Shown here: one piece after another, positions 20,501-27,814 of the stretch | Numbering within the stretch: position 1 is the first letter of the stretch | How the letters are laid out: every line of letters starts with the position of its first letter | Source: Candidatus Multivoradales bacterium | Lineage (GTDB): Bacteria; Acidobacteriota; Thermoanaerobaculia; Multivoradales; Multivoraceae | Assembly (NCBI GenBank): GCA_965223325.1 | Contig: CBDCWI010000001.1 | Coordinates: 1,984,001 to 2,048,000 of the forward strand | Direction: 5' to 3' | Length of the DNA stretch: 64,000 bases | The notes under the pieces: generated by a model | Told to the model about the DNA's origin: nothing | Seen by the model: the letters and a program-made list of their open reading frames with translations, nothing else | The model's database searches: none | Program-made: the position numbers and the translations under genes

Positions 20501-20887
20501 ACCGTGCCCTTCTTTACCGTCGTCTTGCGCAAGAGCTACGGCCTCGGTGCACAGGCGATGGGAGGAGGCAGTTTCAAAGCACCCTTCTTCACCGTTTCCT
20601 GGCCCACCGGTGAGTTCGGCGGCATGGGCCTCGAGGGAGCGGTCAAGCTCGGCTTTCGCAAAGAGCTCGAGGCCATCGAAGACCCCGAAGAACGTCGGGT
20701 CGCCTACGAGCGCATGGTCGCCGAGGCCTACGAACGCGGCTCTGCGATCAACACCGCCAGTCACTTTGAGATCGACGACGTGATCGACCCCGCCGAGACG
20801 CGCTCGCTTCTGGCTCGTGCTCTGCGCGCGACCCCGCCGCCCGCGCCACGCGCCGGTAAGAAGCGCCCTGCCGTCGACACCTGGTGA
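17501..20887 (+). CDS. Single-chain multidomain biotin-dependent acyl-CoA carboxylase (BC-BCCP-CT)
   Basis: LLVANRGEIA, HPGYGF, GGGGRGMR, QRRHQK, EVNPRLQVEH; ESMKM biotin site; YDYTVLAGTQG, DTPGIMVG carboxyltransferase motifs. Confidence 0.95.
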   Translation: MKRLLVANRGEIAIRILRSARERGLETCTVYTSDEGHAAHVDFANEAIELTQAGPQGFLDIEQLIEVARTTDCDALHPGYGFASEDPELAEACRKAGIVFVGPSPQTLEQLGDKLAARTIADRLEIPPIPGAPTRSAKEAEAFLAELPAGSAVVIKAVAGGGGRGMRRVEDPRTVETTWERCRSESTSAFGRGDVYVERYLEGMRHIEVQIAGDLREAVSLGTRDCSVQRRHQKVLEIAPALGLAPDLVARLEHWACELASELGYQNLGTVEFLVDGSRNPGDEAFFLEVNPRLQVEHTVTEEATGLDLVGLQLALADGQSLEQCGLRPGSSPPVIATALQLRINAERYEQSGEVRPTGGRIDGLRFPTGPGIRIDTYARQGVSTSPAFDSLLAKLVVSLEGDGRVDPEVWSRLLERARGALEETEIEGLLTNLPVLASILREADVATLRFHTRWLEERLPDLPLGSEPIGHAIRNPGSAGAAVDPRDPLAVLAFGKGAIAGALPATSTRSAPSSNAEAGPDIVPAPLQGTIVSLEVGLEDSVQEGQAILVLESMKMEHLVAAPHAGIVREFLVAPGDTIYEGHPLARVEPADVVDTLSTADDGGEDPGFIRPDLADALARQAKRLDAERPEAVARRRKTGQRTARENVEDLCDPDSFFEYGSLVIAARRRRQPLQELIDRTPADGLITGVGTVNGNLFGNEKARCAVLSYDYTVLAGTQGKKNHDKKDRLFELAERERLPVVFFTEGGGGRPGDTDVIGVAGLDCMAFHIFGRLSGLVPLVGINSGRCFAGNAALLGCCDVVIATLNSNIGMGGPAMIEGGGLGVFRPEDIGPIDVQADNGVVDIVARDEAEAVAFAKQYLSYFQGSVSEWTARDQRLLRHVIPENRLRIYEVRRVVEGLADEGSVLELRQRFGKGMVTALARIESRPIGIVANDPAHLAGAITSDGADKAARFLQLCDAHDLPVLFLCDTPGIMVGPEAEKTALVRHAARMFVVGASITVPFFTVVLRKSYGLGAQAMGGGSFKAPFFTVSWPTGEFGGMGLEGAVKLGFRKELEAIEDPEERRVAYERMVAEAYERGSAINTASHFEIDDVIDPAETRSLLARALRATPPPAPRAGKKRPAVDTW

Positions 20888-22140
20888 CCGAACCCGAGTC
20901 AGCACCGGTGACCACACCGGAACTGCGTGGCGAGTCGCGCAACCCTTTTCGGGCACCTGACTTCTTGTCCTGGTGGCTCGCATCGATCGTTGCTGGCACC
21001 GGCATTGGTATTCAGGCCGTAACGGTACCGATCTTCATTCGTGACCGTGTCGATCTCGAAACGCGGGCGTTGGCGATTGCGGGCGCACTGGTCGCGCAGA
21101 CCCTGCCCGGGGCTTTCCTGGCTTTGGTCGGCGGCGCGGTCGCCGATCGAGTGGAACGGCGGCGGATTCTGGTGCGCACCTTCTCGGCCGCAGCGTTGGT
21201 GTCCGTTGGCTATGTGGTGTTGTCGGGCCTCGAGCTGCCCTTTGTATGGCCGGTGTTTGTTCTCGCCGTGATCGTGGGCGCGGCCGGTGCGTTCACCAAT
21301 CCTGCTCGCCACAGCATGCTGCCGCAGGTGGTCAGCAAAGCGCAGCTGCAGAACGGAATCATTCTCGGGACGATGGGCTACATGGCGACTCTGCAGTTCC
21401 TGGGACCAGCGGCCGGCGGGTTGATCACCGATGGTGCCGGGCTCACCTGGGCCTTCACCGTCGAGGTCGTGCTACTTCTCGCCGCTGCAATCCTCTTTGG
21501 CCGCATCCAGACCGATACACCAACGCCCAGCGGCCGCAACGTCCTGGGTGACCTGGTCGACGGCCTCGACTACGTCCGCCGACAACCGGCTCTCGCGGGC
21601 CTCCTGGCTCTCGGAGCGATTCCTGGCATCTTCTTCATCGGGCCGTTCGCGGTCACCGTTCCGATCATCGTGCCCGACGTTTTCGAGGCCAGCGACAAGT
21701 GGGTCGGGCTTCTGTGGGGCGCCTTCGGCGGCGGTGTGTTCATCGGCTCGACCCTCTTGTCGATCCGCCCCATGCCACGCCGTGGTCTCGCGGTGTGCCT
21801 CTCGACGATAGGCGGCGGCATCATGCTGTCGATCTATTCCTTCACTCAGACCCTGCCGATGGCCCTCTTCGTACTCACGCTCTGGGGATTGAACGCCGCT
21901 GTGTTCATCAACTTCGTCGTCGCCCTTCTCCAGGAAAACACGAAAGATCGCATGATGGGACGCGTGATGAGTATGTACTCACTGGTGTTCTTCATCTCGA
22001 TGCCCATCGGCTACGGACTCGCCGGTGTGCTCACCACGCGCTTTGGAATCCAGACGACCCTGCTGGCCAGCGGATGTGCGGCTGGGGTCTGTGGCCTGAT
22101 CGCGGTCACCACATTGCGTACTGTTCGAGCCCTGCGCTAG
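20884..22140 (+). CDS. MFS transporter (DHA3/EntS-like)
   Basis: GGAVADRVERRRIL, AFTNPAR.SMLP, MMGRVMS, 12 TM segments. GTGA overlap with the carboxylase stop. Confidence 0.92.
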   Translation: MTEPESAPVTTPELRGESRNPFRAPDFLSWWLASIVAGTGIGIQAVTVPIFIRDRVDLETRALAIAGALVAQTLPGAFLALVGGAVADRVERRRILVRTFSAAALVSVGYVVLSGLELPFVWPVFVLAVIVGAAGAFTNPARHSMLPQVVSKAQLQNGIILGTMGYMATLQFLGPAAGGLITDGAGLTWAFTVEVVLLLAAAILFGRIQTDTPTPSGRNVLGDLVDGLDYVRRQPALAGLLALGAIPGIFFIGPFAVTVPIIVPDVFEASDKWVGLLWGAFGGGVFIGSTLLSIRPMPRRGLAVCLSTIGGGIMLSIYSFTQTLPMALFVLTLWGLNAAVFINFVVALLQENTKDRMMGRVMSMYSLVFFISMPIGYGLAGVLTTRFGIQTTLLASGCAAGVCGLIAVTTLRTVRALR

Positions 22141-22168
22141 ATTCGAACGACCCTTCCTGGAGCCGAGA

Positions 22169-22498
22169 ATGAAAGTCGACTGGTACTACCACCGCAACGG
22201 TTGAACAGGTTGCGAGAGAGCGGCCAAGTTCATGGCTGCACGCAACATTGAGATCACTGAGCAGGTTCCGGCGAGCAGAAAACTGGGCGAGAAAGAAGCG
22301 CGCGAACTCATCAAAGGCGCTCGAGCGATCCTGGTCTCGAAAGGCCGCAAGCAGGAGAGCTGGAAAGGCGGGCGTGCCACGAGAGACGTCGTTGCCGCCT
22401 TCCTCGGTTCAACCGGCAACCTGCGCGCTCCAACCGTGAAGTCTGGCAGCACGGTCCTCGTTGGCTGGAACGAAGACGTCTGGAAAAAAGTCTTCTAG
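22169..22498 (+). CDS. ArsC-family (seleno)protein, 109 aa, Sec at residue 12 (UxxC)
   Basis: GGAG SD then ATG 22169. Reads MKVDWYYHRNG-TGA(22202-22204)-TGCERAAKF, in frame with the ORF-track 22232..22498 ORF, which contains LGSTGNLRAPT...VLVGWN. SECIS-like hairpin downstream of the TGA. Confidence 0.85.
22209..22246 (+). promoter_or_regulatory. Putative bacterial SECIS element
   Basis: GTTGCG/CGCAAC lower stem, GCGGCCA/TGGCTGC upper stem, loop AGTTCA. 22 nt separate the UGA from the loop, and G is at loop position 2. Confidence 0.7.
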
Positions 22499-22529
22499 CG
22501 AGGGGCGTGGTTGTCTCCGCTTTCTCCTG

Positions 22530-23105
22530 CTAGGAGCGTGCCTCTGGGTTGAGGTGATCTCGGGCGTTCATACCACGCCCCTCGCTAGAGTCACATCTGC
22601 GGCGCAAGCGCTCAGGCGAGCGACCCTCGGTCCACCGCGCTCGCCCTGCACACGCAACCACGGACTGCCAAGGCAGGGCGCGCGCCGCGGATTCCGGGCT
22701 TCGATGGAGCTTCGTCCTGAAGCGTGCTCCTCCTTCTAGGAGCGTGCCTCTGGGTTGAGGTGATCTCGGGCGTTCATACCACGCCCCTCGCTAGAGTCAC
22801 ATCTGCGGCGCAAGCGCTCAGGCGAGCGACCCTCGGTCCACCGCGCTCGCCCTGCACACGCAACCACGGACTGCCAAGGCAGGGCGCGCGCCGCGGATTC
22901 CGGGCTTCGATGGAGCTTCGTCCTGAAGCGTGTTCCTCCTGCTAGGAGCGTGCCTCTGGGTTGAGGTGATCTCGGGCGTTCATACCACGCCCCTCGCTAG
23001 AGTCACATCTGCGGCGCAAGCGCTCAGGCGAGCGACCCTCGGTCCACCGCGCTCGCCCTGCACACGCAACCACGGACTGCCAAGGCAGGGCGCGCGCCGC
23101 GGATT
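22530..23105. repeat. Tandem array of a 206-bp non-coding unit (2 full copies + 164-bp partial)
   Basis: Units start with CTAGGAGCGTGCC at 22530, 22736 and 22942. Copies 1 and 2 differ at 2 positions near their ends. A 17-bp perfect inverted repeat links 22495-22511 with 22572-22588. Confidence 0.95.
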
Positions 23106-23128
23106 GGTGCTGCTATCAAAGGATCGTT

Positions 23129-23158
23129 TCCGGGTCGGGACTGCCTCCTCGACCCGGA
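23129..23158. terminator. GC-rich hairpin between convergent transcripts (possible terminator)
   Basis: TCCGGGTCGG...TCGACCCGGA stem. No clear U-tract. Confidence 0.35.
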
Positions 23159-23202
23159 CTTGAAGTGTGGCTCGAGAAACCAGACCTTCCAGGTCCGGGC
23201 AT

Positions 23203-23613
23203 TCAACGGCGGCGAGCGGGCGAGACGCTCCCGTCCGCGCCGACGCTGAAGACCATGGCTCCGAGGCCGCGACCGGACACCACCAGGGTGTAGCTCTTGC
23301 CGGTTTCGAGCGGCTCGGGCGCATCGACGTCGATAAACCCCTCTGGGGCGTGACCGTAGCGAATCGGTTCGCGCACAACGGGTAGACCGAAGGGCTCGGC
23401 GCGGGCGTGCCAGACGAGTTCTTCAGCCTCGTTGAACAGCTCGATGGTGTGGAAACGCGGCGCGTCGGGGTGCTTCTTCTCGACCACCGCGAAGCTCGGC
23501 GATGGCAAGGCCTCGCTGGCGGTTGCCAACGAGACATCGAGGCGCGGGCGGCACGCCGGCAGGGCAACGGCGATTACAACGATCGCGAGGAGAACCAGGC
23601 GACGTAGATTCAA
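23203..23613 (-). CDS. Small lipoprotein, hypothetical (candidate immunity/partner protein)
   Basis: MNLRRLVLLAIVVIAVALPA-C lipoprotein signal. TTG start overlaps the upstream stop by 4 nt. Confidence 0.75.
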   Translation of the reverse strand: MNLRRLVLLAIVVIAVALPACRPRLDVSLATASEALPSPSFAVVEKKHPDAPRFHTIELFNEAEELVWHARAEPFGLPVVREPIRYGHAPEGFIDVDAPEPLETGKSYTLVVSGRGLGAMVFSVGADGSVSPARRR

Positions 23614-24596
23614 GGAGCGCCCTCGCCTGCACGCACCGCCGCGACCACGCTGGTTGCGTAGGCGTTGAGGTTGCGACCGTTGAAACTGAAGGTCCCGTGG
23701 GTGGAGCTGTTCGGGTCGAAGTAGCCGGACTGGAAGAGATCCTCCATGAACTCTGCCTGCTGCTCAGGCTCCAGGTCCGCCCAGGGCGTCGTCGGAACAC
23801 TCTGCTCCCAATCGTATCCCTTACCCCAGTTCTGTGACACCAGGGCTTCGCGCATGTAGTCGGTACCGCCGTTTTGATGCTGCCAAACGTGCGCCATCTC
23901 ATGAACCAGCAGGCCATCTGATGGGTTGTCGTTGATCAGGTAGATGGTGTCGCCCATCGCGAAGTTCGACTTGCCGAGACCGAAGATACCGGCGCGGCCT
24001 TCTTTGATGCGCACTTTGTCGTAGTCGATGCTGTCGCCATAGACAGAGCGCAGCATCGCAACCTCATCGGCTGCGAGTTCGCGCCCCGCAGTCTCGATAC
24101 CAAACAGCGTCTGGATCGCTGAGACCCCCTTGCCGGTAGACACGAGAATCGCATCGGCAGCGGTTCCCAAAGTTGCGTCGAGAAAACCCAGGGCGATGTC
24201 TTTTGCACCGGCACCGAACTCACCGCGGAACATGCGAGCGAAGCCACGGCCCATACGCTTCGTGCCTTCGGCGATGTTCTTCCAGGCGCCGGTGAGGGTG
24301 TTCTCCACTGCCTGGTAGGCGCTGCGCGCGGCACCGCCGATCGCACGGCCGATTCGCTTCCAAAGGCCGCCCTTGGGCTTTCCGGCTGCCTTTGTCTGGC
24401 CAGGCGGGGCGACGGGCATCGACGGGCCACCGCGCGTGCCAGCGGCCAAGTCAGAAAGACTGCGTTTGGTCTCGGTACGAACGACCTCGTCTCCGGAGCT
24501 GGTGCCGGTTGGGGTGGTCGACGGTGCCACCCCCGCCGATGGCTGGCTGGGGGTGAACTGCGGCGAGCTGGTTGGGCGATAGGAGACTGTGGTCAT
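23610..24596 (-). CDS. DUF4157-like zincin metallopeptidase with low-complexity N-terminus
   Basis: L...E...LRSVYGDSIDYDKVRI, GDTIY, LLVHEMAHVWQ, EQQAE. The N-terminal half is S/T/P-rich, then an amphipathic Gly/Ala-rich region. Confidence 0.8.
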   Translation of the reverse strand: MTTVSYRPTSSPQFTPSQPSAGVAPSTTPTGTSSGDEVVRTETKRSLSDLAAGTRGGPSMPVAPPGQTKAAGKPKGGLWKRIGRAIGGAARSAYQAVENTLTGAWKNIAEGTKRMGRGFARMFRGEFGAGAKDIALGFLDATLGTAADAILVSTGKGVSAIQTLFGIETAGRELAADEVAMLRSVYGDSIDYDKVRIKEGRAGIFGLGKSNFAMGDTIYLINDNPSDGLLVHEMAHVWQHQNGGTDYMREALVSQNWGKGYDWEQSVPTTPWADLEPEQQAEFMEDLFQSGYFDPNSSTHGTFSFNGRNLNAYATSVVAAVRAGEGAP

Positions 24597-24752
24597 GGGC
24601 TTTGAGGATCCCTCGAGAAGATGGTAGAGCCACCGCGGGGTGAGCGGCGGTAGAGAATCGCGTCTCTTTCTGAGGAGTCCACGCAGCACTCGTTTTCACC
24701 TGCGGCGACCCCACCCTCCCTGAAACCTCGCAAACGCCTCTAGTGCCTGGGC

Positions 24753-25004
24753 CTATTCCGGAGGTCGCCCCTCCAGCTGCGGTTCGTTTTCTGCGGCCCT
24801 AAGACGTCGATCCCAGAGCCTCTTCCCGATCGCCAAGAGCAAAACGGCAGTAAAGAGGAGCGACGGGAGCCGCATGTCGGGCACGTTCGACCCCAGCGCC
24901 TGCTGCATGGTCTTGTGCGCCGGATGCGACTGGATCGAAGGGTGTAGCGGATCACTCGGCTCGGCCGGCTCCTTCGATCCTCCAGACTGGGCGACGAACA
25001 CCAT
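24753..25004 (-). CDS. Small single-pass membrane protein, hypothetical
   Basis: One hydrophobic helix (LPSLLFTAVLLLAIG) followed by KR. Starts 10 nt after the upstream stop. No clear SD. Confidence 0.45.
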   Translation of the reverse strand: MVFVAQSGGSKEPAEPSDPLHPSIQSHPAHKTMQQALGSNVPDMRLPSLLFTAVLLLAIGKRLWDRRLRAAENEPQLEGRPPE

Positions 25005-25013
25005 CGCCTGAGC

Positions 25014-25970
25014 CTACTCTTCCTCGGGCAGATACGCCGCTGCCAGGAGACCGAGCACCTCTTCGAACTCGCGCACCATATCGTTGACAATGTGGCGCAC
25101 CGGCATGACTTTGTCGATGCGGCCCGCCACCTGCCCGGTGAGCGCTACACCGTTGTCTAGCTTGCCGTGGAAGTAGACGTCTTCCATCCCCTCGCGCAGC
25201 GCGGCCAACGGGTCACTCCGCTCCCGTTCCACCCGTTCCGTGGTTGCGGTTCGAAGAGCCCGAAGCGCCGGGCCACGCCCTCCGCGCAGAAACACCGTGT
25301 CGGTCTCTTCGGCGGCCACGATGCCGTCCTTCCAACCCTGGTGGATTGGCGACTCAGCCGCTGAGACCATGCGCGTTCCGAGTTGCACGCCTTCCGCACC
25401 CAGGGCAAACGCCGCCGCCATCGACGGGCCATCGCAAATCCCACCGGCAGCAATGATCGGCACGTCGACCTTCGAGCGCACCAGGGGCAAGAGCACCATC
25501 GTCGAGACTTCACGCGGGTTCTTGAAACCCCCACCTTCTCCGCCCTCGACGACCAAGCCGTCGACACCCGCCTCGACGGCTCGCACCGCAGCCCGGAGGC
25601 TCGGCACCACGTGAAACACGGTGAGGCCGGCGGCCTTCAGTGTCTCGGTGTACTTGCGCGGATCGCCCGCCGAGGTGGTCACGAAGCGCACTCCCTGTTC
25701 GATCACGAAGTCGATGATGCCGGGACCCTGAATGAAGGCCTGCGCAATGTTGACTCCGAACGGCTTGTCGGTGAGCTCACGCATCTTGCGGATCTCGCCC
25801 TGAATCTCCTCGAGCTGTCCGGAAGAAGTCTCGATGATTCCGAACGCTCCGGTCTCACTCACGGCCGACGCCAACTGAGCGCGCGCGATGAAACCCATCG
25901 GCGCCTGGACGATCGGAATATCGACTCCCAACATCTCGGTCACGCGATTGTCGAACTGCATCAACCACAC
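25014..25970 (-). CDS. Nitronate monooxygenase / FabK-like flavin oxidoreductase
   Basis: PIVQAPMG, TDKPFGVN, VEGGEGGG, PIIAAGGICDG, ALGAEGVQLGTR, GQVAGRI. Confidence 0.92.
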   Translation of the reverse strand: MWLMQFDNRVTEMLGVDIPIVQAPMGFIARAQLASAVSETGAFGIIETSSGQLEEIQGEIRKMRELTDKPFGVNIAQAFIQGPGIIDFVIEQGVRFVTTSAGDPRKYTETLKAAGLTVFHVVPSLRAAVRAVEAGVDGLVVEGGEGGGFKNPREVSTMVLLPLVRSKVDVPIIAAGGICDGPSMAAAFALGAEGVQLGTRMVSAAESPIHQGWKDGIVAAEETDTVFLRGGRGPALRALRTATTERVERERSDPLAALREGMEDVYFHGKLDNGVALTGQVAGRIDKVMPVRHIVNDMVREFEEVLGLLAAAYLPEEE

Positions 25971-26007
25971 CTCCCCTTTCAGTTTCTCGAGCCGTTGTCT
26001 GCTGTGC

Positions 26008-27801
26008 TCAGAACGCTACTGCGGCGCTGTTGTTGCGGTTGTGCGAGGCCGCCTTCAACCTGCCGGTCACCGGATCACGGCTGATTCCGACCCATAGCCC
26101 TTCGCCAGCCAGGCGAGCTTCGGAGGGATCGATCTCTCGATACCCCAAGCCCATGGCGTCTAAAACGTGGCGCTCGAACTTCCCTTGCGGCACAACGACG
26201 GTGAGGGCGAAGGTCCCGGGGTCGGTCGAGGGCATGAAGAAGTCGGGCGTGTCGATTGCTTCCCGGACGTCCATGCCGTGGACAGTGATGTTGAGGAGTG
26301 CCTGGAAGGTGCGCTGATGCAACCCGGACCCCATCGACGCGAAGCCGAGGACAGGCTTTCCGTCCTCGAACAGAATCCCGGTCTCGGTTGGTGATGGCAG
26401 GCGAGAGCCGGGATCGACTTCTTCAATCTGCGCCTGCTGAAACGACGCGGCATCGGCGATCGAAACGCCGTCGACGACGATCGCCGTTTTTCCCCAGTAG
26501 ACCGTGTTGATGCTGTGCGTGATCGCTGCGATGTTGCCGGCGGCATCGATTGCAACCACGTCGTCCGAGTGGCGAGGCTTCTCTGGCGGCGCGAACTGAA
26601 AGGGTGTCTTCTCCTGCATCAACTCCCACAGTTTCTCCGCATGCTTCCTGGTGGCGCGCGCTGCGGGCGCCATGTCGAGCCCGGGATAGATCGCTCTGAC
26701 CATCTCGGGCGGTAGATAGTTGAGAAACATCATCTGCGAGATCAAAACGGCGTCGCGCAGGCTGTCGCCCGACTCCGTCCAGTGTGGACGCTCGCTCAGA
26801 CCGGCGGCGCGCGCCAGGTTCTGCGCCTCGATGAGACCCACGCCACCCAGGTTCGGGTACGGGTTGGTATAGACGGTGTACTCGCCGATCTCGCCCACCA
26901 GCGGCTCGTCCCAGATGACCTCGTACTCCGAGAGCTCTTCCAGGGTCATGCGACCACCGTCGGCAGACAAGAGTGCGATCAGCTTCTTTCCCCACGGCCC
27001 GCCGTACATGTAGTCGGCGCCATGCTCGGCGACCTTTCGCAGGGTGTCCGCGAGAGCGGGCTGCCTGAAGACCTCGCCCACCTGGTAGGTCGAACCGTCG
27101 GGTTTGAGGAACGTGGCCCTGGTTTCCGGTAGGCGGGCCAGGTCCACGGCTCTGAACTCGAACTGGACCGCGAGCGTCTCGTGAACCGGAAAGCCCCGCT
27201 CTGCGATATAGATCGACGGCTTGAAGAGCTCCGCGAAGGGCAAGCGGCCGAAGCGCTCGTGCGCTGCCTCGACACCTTTCATGAACCCACCGACCAACGC
27301 GGTGCGACCACTGGGAGGCCCGAGGCCACCCAGCGCCTCCTCGGACGAGAAGTTGATGCCGCCTGGGATCGTCCCCGGTTCGGTCTCGGCGCGGACAGTG
27401 TTCCACTCGGCGTTCATGGTGTAGACGCGGTTCGTCTCGGCGTCGTAGTAGACCAGCGACATGATCCCGAAGTAGCTCACCGGTGAGCCGGCGGTGAGCG
27501 CGACCTGGGCCATCGCTGAAGTCAATGCTGCGTCGGCTGCGTTGCCGCCCTGGCGCAGTGCCTCCAGCCCGGCGCGCGCGGCAAGGCCGTTGTAGGCGAC
27601 GGTCACGGCGCCGCCAGAGCCCTCGGCGTAGCCCGCCTGCGACCGTTTCGACGATTGCGCCTCGAGGAACCGGTCGTAGTCTTCTTGCCAGGTAGCAGGA
27701 TCGAGATCGATTGCCGGCGCGGCTGGCTTCTCTTCCCGGCCGGCTCCCAGCAGCAGGACCAGCGCCAGAGCGAGGACGAAAACCACTCTTGATCGCGCCA
27801 C
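26008..27801 (-). CDS. Gamma-glutamyltransferase-family Ntn hydrolase (variant active site), secreted
   Basis: AGLEALRQGGNAADAA, AHERFGRLPFAELFKPSI.IAERGF, FRQPALADTL, VAIDAAGNIAAITHSIN. GTG start at 27801 is inferred. Confidence 0.85.
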   Translation of the reverse strand: MARSRVVFVLALALVLLLGAGREEKPAAPAIDLDPATWQEDYDRFLEAQSSKRSQAGYAEGSGGAVTVAYNGLAARAGLEALRQGGNAADAALTSAMAQVALTAGSPVSYFGIMSLVYYDAETNRVYTMNAEWNTVRAETEPGTIPGGINFSSEEALGGLGPPSGRTALVGGFMKGVEAAHERFGRLPFAELFKPSIYIAERGFPVHETLAVQFEFRAVDLARLPETRATFLKPDGSTYQVGEVFRQPALADTLRKVAEHGADYMYGGPWGKKLIALLSADGGRMTLEELSEYEVIWDEPLVGEIGEYTVYTNPYPNLGGVGLIEAQNLARAAGLSERPHWTESGDSLRDAVLISQMMFLNYLPPEMVRAIYPGLDMAPAARATRKHAEKLWELMQEKTPFQFAPPEKPRHSDDVVAIDAAGNIAAITHSINTVYWGKTAIVVDGVSIADAASFQQAQIEEVDPGSRLPSPTETGILFEDGKPVLGFASMGSGLHQRTFQALLNITVHGMDVREAIDTPDFFMPSTDPGTFALTVVVPQGKFERHVLDAMGLGYREIDPSEARLAGEGLWVGISRDPVTGRLKAASHNRNNSAAVAF

Positions 27802-27814
27802 CTTCGGAAGCCCT

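Noticed and set aside
22530-23105. CRISPR array or coding repeat (ORFs 22461..22739, 22724..22945, 22930..23163)
   Set aside because: The units are 206 bp with no unique spacers and there are no cas genes. The period is not divisible by 3, and the ORFs lack SD sequences and codon bias.
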